DNA from: an uncultured Magnetovibrio sp.
Lineage (GTDB): Bacteria > Pseudomonadota > Alphaproteobacteria > Rhodospirillales > Casp-alpha2
Assembly: GCA_964576415.1 (NCBI GenBank)
Contig: CAZNWX010000001.1
Span: forward strand, 1 to 48,090
DNA length: 48,090 nucleotides
Direction: 5' to 3'
Shown piece by piece: positions 1 to 8,176 of the stretch. Positions within the stretch are counted from its first letter, which is position 1, and every line of letters starts with the position of its first letter. The translations under genes were made by a program, and so were the position numbers. The notes below the pieces were generated by a model that saw only the letters and a list, made by a program, of their open reading frames with translations, was not told the origin of the DNA and searched no databases.

Positions 1-227
1 CCGAGCTTCAACGGATCATCGATAAGCGTCAATGCCGAAGTCGCCAGCGTTTGCTTCGATACTTCGCCGGTCACATCCTCGTTCAAGCGCAACGTATTTA
101 GGCGCTCGCGATTATAATCGTAGCCGAAAACAGGAAACGACTTGGCCAAAGATAAAGCCAGCGGCAGCCCAACATAGCCCAGCCCAACCACCGCAACCTT
201 GATCTGAGAAACTGCAAATGCCTTCAT
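1..227 (-). CDS. Nucleotide-sugar dehydrogenase (UDP-glucose/GDP-mannose dehydrogenase family, TviB/WbpO-like). This is an N-terminal fragment and the gene runs off the window.
   Basis: Not in the ORF track. The reverse complement of 1..227 reads MKAFAVSQIKVAVVGLGYVGLPLALSLAKSFPVFGYDYNRERLNTLRLNEDVTGEV... The 'VAVVGLGYVGLPLA' Rossmann N-terminus followed by 'GxDxNxxR' is typical of this family. The ATG is at 225..227 (minus strand) with GAGG motifs just upstream. Confidence 0.8.
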   Translation of the reverse strand, partial: MKAFAVSQIKVAVVGLGYVGLPLALSLAKSFPVFGYDYNRERLNTLRLNEDVTGEVSKQTLATSALTLIDDPLKL

Positions 228-436
228 GACCTCAACCTCGTACGAGGAGATAGCGACGGTTTTGGCATAACTGCCAAGGGTCTCATGAACAAGGGTATAG
301 CCGTTCAACTTTTAACTGACCAGAGCAACCTTGTTGATGAACGCACCGTGCGCGATAACCTCAGCTTGCACTAAAATCATTCCACTTGTATTGGCTTTAG
401 TCGAAAGTTTTACAGAAAACCCTCTTTGAAGACGTT

Positions 437-1684
437 ATGCCTGTCCCGATGTTAAAAACTCAGCCGCTTCATTCGGTTTTTGCTGTTCTTATCGGGGCGG
501 CAATACCTAGCCTTGTACTCGGGCGAGCCGTCTTCGCAGTGGTCGTTGGACTTAGTTTGCTGGCGTTACTATCGAGCGATCTCCGATCCCAGGCTTGGCG
601 CGAGGTCTTGGCCGCAAGCAAAACGACGGTAGGCTTCGCCGTGATTGCAACGCTGTTGCTTTGGGTGCTTAGTGCGCTCGGCTCAAATTTTATTATCCGG
701 TCTCTCGAGGCGGTGCTGAGAACCGGGGCTTTTGTCTGCATTGCTGTGATGGTCTTTGGCGCCCTGCGCCCCGAGCCTAGATTACAAAACCTGTGTTTGA
801 AGTCACTGGCGGTCGTCTCGCTGATTGGGGCCGGGATCGCCTTACTAGCCACAATGGTTATGCCGGAACTGTACTGGTGTCTTCGGCTTGAGGGTTGGTC
901 TTCAGTCCCCATTAATTCTGCCTATAAGGGTTACGCCGCTATTTCGGTTCTACTTGTCCCCATTCTGATCTGGATCTTTCTTGCTTTCCGCAACGTATGG
1001 CAGCTCGTCTCCCTTATGGCAGCTGCCTGCTTTCTCCTGCTGGTCTGGGAAACCTATAACCGCGCAGCAATCGCAGGTTTTATTGGAATTGTCTTCGCCT
1101 TGGCTCTAACGGTGTTTGTAAACGATGCAAGGCGTCTGGTGGCCATACTGTGTGTCGGATTGACGAGCCTGTTGACGGCCAGCGTCTTAATCTGGCTGAA
1201 GGTTACTAGGAATCATACAATAGATATTGCGCCAGAAACCTATTGGTATTTTCCTGTTTGGCTTATTGATTTCCAACGCCAGACTATATGGGATCATGCC
1301 TATCAGGTGTTTGAGACAGCCCCATGGTTTGGAGTAGGCGCTAACACTATAAACTTCACACCGGGGGCGAACCAACCACTACCTGGCAATGAGAGCCTTC
1401 ATATTATTCCTGCTCATCCGCACAATTGGACTATAGAAATAATGGCCGAAACCGGCGGACTTGGCCTTTTCGCTTTATTAGTAACGCTAGCTGTCATAGC
1501 AGTCTCCCTGATATTGAAATACCGAAAAACAGGGACCCCGCGCTATCTAATGGTGGTAGCAATGCTTGCAGGATATTGGGTCTCCGGCTTGTTTAATTTT
1601 TCCTACTGGTCAGCGTGGTGGCAAGTCTCTTTTGTTTTGGCGGTAGCTGTGGCCGCATCGCTCTCTAAAACGGGCGCAAGGTAG
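437..1684 (+). CDS. O-antigen ligase/polymerase family (Wzy_C/WaaL-like) integral membrane protein
   Basis: 415-aa multi-TM ORF. 'HIIPAHPHNWTIEIMAETGGLGLFALL' resembles the conserved His-containing periplasmic loop plus following TM helix of O-antigen ligase-type proteins. Confidence 0.75.
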   Translation: MPVPMLKTQPLHSVFAVLIGAAIPSLVLGRAVFAVVVGLSLLALLSSDLRSQAWREVLAASKTTVGFAVIATLLLWVLSALGSNFIIRSLEAVLRTGAFVCIAVMVFGALRPEPRLQNLCLKSLAVVSLIGAGIALLATMVMPELYWCLRLEGWSSVPINSAYKGYAAISVLLVPILIWIFLAFRNVWQLVSLMAAACFLLLVWETYNRAAIAGFIGIVFALALTVFVNDARRLVAILCVGLTSLLTASVLIWLKVTRNHTIDIAPETYWYFPVWLIDFQRQTIWDHAYQVFETAPWFGVGANTINFTPGANQPLPGNESLHIIPAHPHNWTIEIMAETGGLGLFALLVTLAVIAVSLILKYRKTGTPRYLMVVAMLAGYWVSGLFNFSYWSAWWQVSFVLAVAVAASLSKTGAR

Positions 1685-1876
1685 TTTCCACTATCCGAGC
1701 CAACCTTTCTTAAATGCCTAAACAAGCAGTAAATCATTTTGTTTTCATATATTTATCATTTTGCGGGTTTTAAATAATCACTTGTTAAATTTTGGCAACC
1801 GCCTAGCCAGCAAACACCTTTAACCGAACGTTCTCCAAAGGCGTGCAGGACCGCTATATCCGCCTTGATCATTTCT

Positions 1877-2011
1877 TTAATGATTTTGGAAACTGGTTTG
1901 CGAATCCCAATCCAAAATCTTCTTTGCCTTTGAATAATCGTTACACAAATCCTGTGCGAAATTAAAATGGATCAACGCGAGCCCAACGCCTGGAACCCTG
2001 GCGCAGGCAGT
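1877..2011 (-). pseudogene. Remnant of the 3' end of an SDR-type NAD-dependent sugar epimerase/dehydratase gene
   Basis: My minus-strand translation gives TACARVPGVGLALIHFNFAQDLCNDYSKAKKILDWDSQTSFQNH*. 'D.SKAKK.L.W.....SF' is the usual C-terminal signature of extended SDR sugar epimerases. There is no matching upstream body. The next residues (..KIIKEMIKA..) continue in another frame. Confidence 0.35.
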
Positions 2012-2033
2012 ACTAACCAAAATATTTTGTAGA

Positions 2034-3281
2034 TTATACGTTGCGCAATCTTTGCATCAATCGTTCGCTTGCTAAGGCCGCCGAGGCAAAAGTCACCGTC
2101 ACACCGGAAAGGGCCTGACGTCCCAATTCAGAAGCATAGCCCGTAACAGGAAGTCCAATGATAAGCGCGAGGACAAAAGCGCAAAAAACCACTATAGATG
2201 CCCGCAGGCCTCGATCAGCAACGGCAATATCCCGATTAGGCACTAACAAACCAGCAAAGGCCCCGAAACCAAAACCAATTAAAATCGGAAATATGAAAAC
2301 CGTCAAAAACAAGGCAGCAATAAATTTTGGGTCAGCAAAATTCCAAAAATCCTCAAGCTTGGTTATCTCTTCTTCGGCTCCCTGCGTGAAAATAGTGCTT
2401 CTGTATTGTTCAAATACATGAGGATGGATTTCATGGACAAGAAAAACCAAGCCGACAAACACCATGACCGAAACGACCCCCGCTACCGATAAGCGCGTCA
2501 GCGCAAGAGCCCATACCTTTCCACCAGCTCGTCGCTTCTCCAAAAACGTCCAGAGAAAAAGAGACACGCCAACAATGAAACCTAAAAATTCAAAAGTAAT
2601 TTGAGCAAAAAAAGCGAATAGGGCCACATGCCACCATTTAATGGTTTTCACGACAACAAGATAGTAGACCAGAAGATTTAGAAAAAAGATCGCCCCGATA
2701 TCGTAGGGGTTAACACGCTCTGTAAACAGATAATGAGAAATCGGCCAATCGCTTCCTATTTTCATTAGGGCAAAATAACCGTTCAATAAAATGTCGGGCC
2801 AGCCAACAAGGGAAATCAAGACTATTGCGGTGAAAAGGGCGCGTGTTTCAGTCCTGTTGTATAAAGTCAGTGCTAAAATGGGTATGATGGACAACGCAAG
2901 CAGCTTCCAAATTACGGAACTAATTATGGGCACGATCACAGTCTGTAAGTAGCCCGCTTTGAAATGCGCTCCTTGTCCCCACCCCTTGCCAGGATAGAAC
3001 GGCGCAGATGAGGGGTCATTGACGACAAAGACAGCCAGCCCGTGGACTAGACCCTCGAGAGCGAGATAGGCAAGCCCAGCGCCAATCCGCATACCGGCTG
3101 GCAAACTGGGCTCTAGCAGAGCTCCGTAATGTTCTTCCAATAGGTATTCTCCAGACTGCAAAGCCTGAATTTCGGCTGATAAATTATTAGATTTAGACAG
3201 TATAAAGAACAGGCTGAAGATCAGGAATACGGCGGTTAAAACTATGGCCGAGATCACCGACCTATTTTCGGCTGGCGCCAT
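2034..3281 (-). CDS. Polytopic integral membrane protein of unknown function; candidate Wzy-type polymerase or GT-C-like transferase
   Basis: 415-aa ORF with roughly 10-12 hydrophobic segments and no soluble domain I recognise. It sits in a glycan locus near a polyprenol-phosphate GT2. Confidence 0.65.
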   Translation of the reverse strand: MAPAENRSVISAIVLTAVFLIFSLFFILSKSNNLSAEIQALQSGEYLLEEHYGALLEPSLPAGMRIGAGLAYLALEGLVHGLAVFVVNDPSSAPFYPGKGWGQGAHFKAGYLQTVIVPIISSVIWKLLALSIIPILALTLYNRTETRALFTAIVLISLVGWPDILLNGYFALMKIGSDWPISHYLFTERVNPYDIGAIFFLNLLVYYLVVVKTIKWWHVALFAFFAQITFEFLGFIVGVSLFLWTFLEKRRAGGKVWALALTRLSVAGVVSVMVFVGLVFLVHEIHPHVFEQYRSTIFTQGAEEEITKLEDFWNFADPKFIAALFLTVFIFPILIGFGFGAFAGLLVPNRDIAVADRGLRASIVVFCAFVLALIIGLPVTGYASELGRQALSGVTVTFASAALASERLMQRLRNV

Positions 3282-3476
3282 TAAAGTGTTTCCACGAAGC
3301 CCGTTTCTAGTGTCTGAGCCAACACATCACAGCGCGTCCCGTCATGTCAAGATAACGCCTATTTATACTCTTCGATCATCAGGGCGATAGACACATCGGA
3401 TCATTGCGCTTTGACGATCATACGATTATACCATATCCGGCTAGCCACGCCCCATCCGGTTGTTTCGAGAAAACAT

Positions 3477-4670
3477 ATGTACACTGAGATCAATCAGTGC
3501 CGGTCTTGCGGCAGTCCGGAGTTACTCGACGCATTTTCTCTGGGTGAATTGGCGCTCACTAGTCGTTACCCCGTTAGCAGAGAAGAATATACGCCGACCG
3601 GACCTCTGAGCCTTATTGTTTGTAGTTCGTGCAAGCTAGTTCAATTACGGCACGATTTCGATTTAGGGCAGCTGTACGGACATGATTATGGCTATCGTTC
3701 CGGACTTAATGAATCTATGTGCGCACATCTAGCAGAAATCGTCGAGCATGTTACAGCCCGAACCCAACTCGTGGCGGGAGATACTATTCTGGATATCGGT
3801 AGCAACGACGCTACTTTGCTGAAATGTTATCAGAATGCCGGCTTAAACCGCTGGGGCATGGACCCTTCGGCCGATCAGTTTAGGGCGTTTTATCCTGATG
3901 ATATAGCAGCCCTGCCAAGTTTATTTGACGCAGATGAGTTTCTAGATGCTGCTGGTGACAGGGCAAAGATCATCACCTCCATTGCTATGTTCTATGATCT
4001 GCCCGACCCAAATCGCTTTGTCTCGGGAGTCGCCCGAAGCCTCAGGATGGACGGTATATGGTTGCTTGAGCAAAGTTATCTGCCAACGATGATCAAGCAG
4101 AATGCGTATGATACAATCTGCCATGAGCATCTGGAATATTATGGATTAGGTTCTTTGTCTGACTTGATGCAGCGGCATGGCCTTAAAGTAATTGACGTTT
4201 CATTGAACAAGACAAACGGCGGTAGCTTCCAGGTTTGCGTTTCTCATGACACTGCAGGGAAATCTGTTAACCCCGACGTAGAAAATCAAATCGCTTGGGA
4301 AAAGGCCCAAGGATTCGATACCATTGGACCAATCCACGCCTTCAAACGGCGTGCTGACGAACTACGACGCGAATTAACAAGTTTTCTCCGTGATATTCAC
4401 CGTAGCGGAAAGAGCATATTCGTCTATGGCGCCTCGACCAAGGGCAATACGCTGCTGCAATATTGCGGAATTGACCATTCTATCATAGTGGCAGCCGCTG
4501 ATCGGAACCCTGAGAAATGGGGCAGATACACACCTGGAACAAATATTCCCATTATTTCCGAGGAAGAAGCTCGGCAACAAAAGCCAGATTTTTTTCTGGT
4601 TTTACCCTGGCATTTCAAAGATAGCTTCCTTGAGCGTGAGGCGTCTTTCCTCGCAATGGCGGCCATATGA
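3477..4670 (+). CDS. NDP-hexose C-methyltransferase (TylCIII/NovU-like class I SAM methyltransferase with N-terminal zinc ribbon). The 3' end appears frameshifted.
   Basis: Has 'CRSCGS...CSSCKLVQL' Cys4 N-terminus, 'ILDIGSNDATLL' SAM motif and a C-terminal 'VYGASTKGNTLL...FFLVLPWHFK' domain. ATG 3477 is preferred over TTG 3411 because family members start just before the CxxC. The expected C-terminal 'GG..I.PLP' lies in another frame (4649..4702). Confidence 0.8.
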   Translation: MYTEINQCRSCGSPELLDAFSLGELALTSRYPVSREEYTPTGPLSLIVCSSCKLVQLRHDFDLGQLYGHDYGYRSGLNESMCAHLAEIVEHVTARTQLVAGDTILDIGSNDATLLKCYQNAGLNRWGMDPSADQFRAFYPDDIAALPSLFDADEFLDAAGDRAKIITSIAMFYDLPDPNRFVSGVARSLRMDGIWLLEQSYLPTMIKQNAYDTICHEHLEYYGLGSLSDLMQRHGLKVIDVSLNKTNGGSFQVCVSHDTAGKSVNPDVENQIAWEKAQGFDTIGPIHAFKRRADELRRELTSFLRDIHRSGKSIFVYGASTKGNTLLQYCGIDHSIIVAAADRNPEKWGRYTPGTNIPIISEEEARQQKPDFFLVLPWHFKDSFLEREASFLAMAAI

Positions 4671-4725
4671 TATTTCCCCTGCCTCAGCTGCATGTCATCT
4701 GATCCAGAGTGCCATTATATTGAAC

Positions 4726-4812
4726 AAAACCTGCCGTCTAATCATGGGCAACATGGGCCAAGACGGAGCCTGTCTGTCAGAACTTTTGGTAGAGTACGGT
4801 CACGTAGTTTAT
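4726..4812 (+). pseudogene. N-terminal remnant of a GDP-mannose 4,6-dehydratase-like (Gmd) gene
   Basis: 'KTCRLIMGNMGQDGACLSELLVEYGHVVY' aligns by eye to the E. coli Gmd N-terminus '[28 protein letters not shown]', including the GQDG motif. Similarity is lost afterwards and the frame stops at 4920. Confidence 0.4.
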
Positions 4813-5438
4813 TGTCCTGGCAAACATGGTCTAGAGCGAGCAAGCAAGGTGATCGCTCCTACCAACTTCCAGGGCTCACACGTGATTGACGCACTTAATT
4901 CACAGACCTTGTCCGGATAAAATATATTGTCTAGCGGCATAACATCATTCGTCAGAAGAGCTACGAGCCGGGGCCGTCCAGGTATTCGAAACAGCATGGA
5001 AACCCATGTCTAATATCTGACGTGGTCTCAACGCTGTAACGGGGAGCGGCGAGAAAACTAGGCCGTTTTATGCGGCTTCAAGTGTGGTTTTCAGCCGCCC
5101 GCTACAATCTCCATACAATGAACAAACGCCAATAGATACTTTGGGGCTTTCTTGGATGCCGGAGGCAGCCGGTTTCGGCATTTGTCGATATTTCCGTGAA
5201 TGCAAGAACTTGTTCGTAAGCACGGGAATACTCTACAATTATCAGTGGTCACGGTAGCCAGGTCACTTTAAAGCCCTCGACACACTCGCCCTTGAGGCCT
5301 CCGAAATTTTGACGAGATTCTTCTAAGGCCTTCCACTGGTGTGAAATAGCGGAAAACTTAAAGTCACAATTAGCCGGCGAGCATGCAGCGAACTCCGAGA
5401 GATCATCACCACAACGATAGAAGCCGAGATTAGAAAAC

Positions 5439-6182
5439 GTGGCTACAGCAAAACGGGTCGTCGTATTTTTACCCACATACAATGAAGCTCAAAACGTGCG
5501 TCTGCTATTCAGTGAAATCCGCGGATTGCTTCCGGACGCGACCATTCTGTTTATTGACGACAATTCGCCAGACGGCACTGGCTCTATTATCAATGAGATC
5601 GTCGCCGAAGACGTAATCACGAAAGTTATCCACCGTCCGGCGAAAATGGGCATCGGGAGCGCGCATGTGGACGCAATTAATTGGGCCTACGACCACAGCT
5701 TCCATATTTTGATAACTATGGATTGTGACATGGCCCATTCACCAGCATACATCATGCAATTCCTTGAAGCGGATCAGAGCTTCGCTCTAGTAACAGGCAG
5801 CCGATTCAAATCCGAAAACAGCTTAAACGAGTGGAATCTTTATCGGAAACTACTAACCCACCTTGGCCATTTTCTCACCCGCGTTTTACTCGGCATGCCC
5901 TTTGATGCAACAGGAGCATTTAGACGCTATGATCTGACTCAAATACCACGCGCTTTTCTCGGCAAAGTCTCCTCCAACGGGTATTCATTCTTTTTTGAAA
6001 GCCTGCATGTTCTTTATGTAAATGGCGTCGCAGTTTTTGAGATTCCAATAAAGCTGCCGGCTCGAACCTATGGAAGTTCAAAAATGCGCCTTTTTGATGT
6101 TTTCCGAGGGTTTGGCGATCTCTTAAAACAATGGTTCAAGGGTTATTTTAACAAAAGCAGTATCATTATTTCAGACCAATAA
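5439..6182 (+). CDS. Family 2 glycosyltransferase, polyprenol/dolichol-phosphate sugar synthase type (DPM1/GtrB/ArnC-like)
   Basis: 'VVVFLPTYNEAQNVRLLFSEI...ILFIDDNSPDGTGSII' and 'ITMDCDMAHSP' (DxD region) are typical of this family. GTG start at 5439. Confidence 0.85.
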   Translation: MATAKRVVVFLPTYNEAQNVRLLFSEIRGLLPDATILFIDDNSPDGTGSIINEIVAEDVITKVIHRPAKMGIGSAHVDAINWAYDHSFHILITMDCDMAHSPAYIMQFLEADQSFALVTGSRFKSENSLNEWNLYRKLLTHLGHFLTRVLLGMPFDATGAFRRYDLTQIPRAFLGKVSSNGYSFFFESLHVLYVNGVAVFEIPIKLPARTYGSSKMRLFDVFRGFGDLLKQWFKGYFNKSSIIISDQ

Positions 6183-6282
6183 GACAGTTCTTATAATCTA
6201 CCTAAAACATAAAGTGATGGGCAGACCATAGAGGTATGGGGAAAACCTGAAAACCGATGTAATTTGGCCGATAGGCGGAATC

Positions 6283-7050
6283 TTATCTACGGCGCGAGCC
6301 CAACCGACTAAGCACTTTGCGGAAAAGTAACTTTGCCGCGTCTCTTTTTGATATCTGATGCGCCATATTACGAGAGTTCAGTGCCTCATATCGGTAACCC
6401 TCGCCCAAAGGCAGGTGCTGCTTTTCAAATCCAAAAATACCAATTGCCTGGCCCGCGACCTGCCCCTGGTATGGCAAAGTAAAGTCAAGCACTTGGTTTT
6501 TGCGAAGAACATAGAAATAGCTGTCTTTCTCAGGCGTTGCCTCAGGTCTTTCCATTATTAAATTCGTCCCGCCCGACGACAACTGACCATCGATCACTAC
6601 GCCCGAATAAAGGACATCGAGCTTATTAAAGGCCGCCACATCCTCAAAATACTCTGATGGCACCGCCAAGTAACCGTCACCTAGACACGGATGGTGGTGG
6701 ATCAAGATAAGCCCCGGCGCACCGGTCATTCGATATACGCCTTCTATGCACCGTGCCATGGCAAAAACATGGACACTCGCTTTGTTATCTATAACCAAAT
6801 CGAATCTAGATGTCCGGTCTGTCCCAATGATTTCATCGGCGCTATTATCCAAACTGTTCTCAATGTCAAAGTTGGCAACCGAGATTTTTTCAATCGTATT
6901 AATTCCCAATTCAAGGAGCACCTTTTCGACACTGCTGGCTGGGTCTGATTCAGCATGCGGAACTGACAATAGGCCCACGCGGGCCGAAGTCTTTAAATGG
7001 CCAGTAGCCAAGAGCTCCCTCAAAGTGCCGCGTATAAAACTCTCGTCCAT
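6283..7050 (-). CDS. Hypothetical protein, methyltransferase-fold paralog of the adjacent gene with a degenerate SAM-binding motif
   Basis: 'FDLVIDNKASVHVFAMARCIEGVYRMTGAPGLILI...GDGYLAVPSEYFEDVAAFN...YFYVLRKNQVLDFTLP' aligns with 'FDLVTDYGNNEHAFHATEAYRTMHRMCAPNGLMII...TNGYYNFNPSFYEAMAYAN...IAYVFRKCDDNDFRLP' in 7061..7942. The N-terminal Gly-rich motif position reads 'RVGLLSVPHAES'. Confidence 0.6.
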   Translation of the reverse strand: MDESFIRGTLRELLATGHLKTSARVGLLSVPHAESDPASSVEKVLLELGINTIEKISVANFDIENSLDNSADEIIGTDRTSRFDLVIDNKASVHVFAMARCIEGVYRMTGAPGLILIHHHPCLGDGYLAVPSEYFEDVAAFNKLDVLYSGVVIDGQLSSGGTNLIMERPEATPEKDSYFYVLRKNQVLDFTLPYQGQVAGQAIGIFGFEKQHLPLGEGYRYEALNSRNMAHQISKRDAAKLLFRKVLSRLGSRRR

Positions 7051-7060
7051 TCTTGATCTC

Positions 7061-7942
7061 TTAGTTTCTACCCAACAAAATTTTTAGTGCGTTCCGCCCG
7101 CCAATTTCATTTGTTCCGGATGAGGATCGGGTGGATAGGTAGGCCGGATTTTCTGCTGAGGCCAATCGCATGACACCAAATGCGTCCGACGCGATCGTTG
7201 CTTTTTCTTGCGCGGTATTTGGTTGTGGTAATCTGAAATCATTGTCATCGCACTTGCGAAATACGTATGCTATCCCGACTTTTGGCCCATTTTTTGGGCT
7301 ATCATTTAATTGAAAAAATCTTTCGCCGTGGACTTCAGCAGAGAAAATTTTTTCGTAATTGTTTGCATAAGCCATGGCTTCGTAAAAAGATGGATTGAAA
7401 TTATAATAACCGTTTGTTCCTATCTGTTCTTGGAAAATAATCATCAAGCCATTTGGTGCACACATTCTGTGCATTGTTCGATAAGCCTCTGTTGCATGAA
7501 AGGCATGCTCATTATTGCCATAATCAGTCACCAAATCGAATTTTTGATCCGATATTAAACTAGGCACAGGCTCGTTAAGATCGATTGGAATGGCATTCCA
7601 ACGCATGCCTTCCGGCGTAATATTCTTCCCAGCTCCAGTAGCACCGCCACCAATATCCACACACGAATAATGCTCAACACCAAATAACTTATAAAAGTTT
7701 TCTGCGCTCATGCGATCAGCTGGGTATGTCGCTAAACGGGCAAAATTCGTCTGCTTGTAACGCTGAAGCCCACAGGCACGTGCCAAGCAGTCGAAGTCAT
7801 CTAGGTGCATGTGCAAGTCTTGAGCACCAAAGTCTAGGACAGCACGTATATTCTCATAGAACCCGCGATTAAAGAGCTCAACATTGAGCCGAGCAATTTC
7901 CAAACTCAATCCCATCTCAAGACCGTCATCCAATGTTAACAA
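7061..7942 (-). CDS. Putative class I SAM-dependent methyltransferase-like protein
   Basis: 'RAVLDFGAQDL' is motif-I-like. 'FDLVTDYGNNEHAF....YRTMHRMCAPNGLMII' resembles the post-II/III region of class I methyltransferases. Confidence 0.55.
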   Translation of the reverse strand: MLTLDDGLEMGLSLEIARLNVELFNRGFYENIRAVLDFGAQDLHMHLDDFDCLARACGLQRYKQTNFARLATYPADRMSAENFYKLFGVEHYSCVDIGGGATGAGKNITPEGMRWNAIPIDLNEPVPSLISDQKFDLVTDYGNNEHAFHATEAYRTMHRMCAPNGLMIIFQEQIGTNGYYNFNPSFYEAMAYANNYEKIFSAEVHGERFFQLNDSPKNGPKVGIAYVFRKCDDNDFRLPQPNTAQEKATIASDAFGVMRLASAENPAYLSTRSSSGTNEIGGRNALKILLGRN

Positions 7943-8056
7943 ATTTAAGCGTCGCCCAAGACCTTAATTGAGCGTCAACTTCCAGCGGGGTGTATAAGCA
8001 GTGTGCGTTAATCTGACAAGTGGAAGCAATTTGTTAGCTGGGACAAGCAGCTATAT

Positions 8057-8123
8057 TTCTTGACGTTCATGAGCTGAACGTTATCATGCATTCTTGATGT
8101 TCATGCGCTGAACGTTTCATGCG
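8057..8123 (+). promoter_or_regulatory. Tandem 34/33-bp direct repeat. Each copy carries a 7-5-7 inverted repeat that overlaps -35/-10-like hexamers. Candidate operator plus promoter of the regulator/antiterminator operon.
   Basis: Copy 1 (8057..8090) is TTCTTGACGTTCATGAGCTGAACGTTATCATGCA. Copy 2 (8091..8123) is TTCTTGATGTTCATGCGCTGAACGTTTCATGCG. Palindromes are ACGTTCA(8063..8069)-N5-TGAACGT(8075..8081) and ATGTTCA(8097..8103)-N5-TGAACGT(8109..8115). Promoter-like hexamers are TTGACG(8060..8065)-N16-TATCAT(8082..8087). Confidence 0.55.
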
Positions 8124-8176
8124 TATGAAAAGAAGGTGTTTCTAAGCTTTTCTGTGCCGGCACAAACGGCACGTCG

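Noticed and set aside
469-912. Antisense and alternative-frame ORFs of 60-166 aa nested in larger genes throughout the window. Examples: 469..912, 8624..8977, 10506..11191, 11713..12153, 17511..17966, 18889..19303, 20756..21133, 33072..33521, 35065..35517, 37468..37968, 40830..41267, 42125..42679, 46947..47372.
   Set aside because: Each lies wholly within a longer ORF that has clear family motifs. Their translations are low-complexity (Arg/Ala/Pro/Ser-rich), typical of spurious frames in GC-rich coding DNA.
4218-4225. Exact GGCGGTAG (the ops/JUMPStart core octamer) on the + strand inside the C-methyltransferase coding region
   Set aside because: An exact 8-mer is expected about 1.5 times by chance in 2 x 48 kb. 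It lies inside a CDS, is followed by CTTC rather than CGTG, and is not at the head of a long operon.
5249-5482. 77-aa minus-strand ORF that overlaps the start of the GT2 gene
   Set aside because: It has no recognisable motif, overlaps a well-supported gene start, and lies in a region that looks like decayed DNA.
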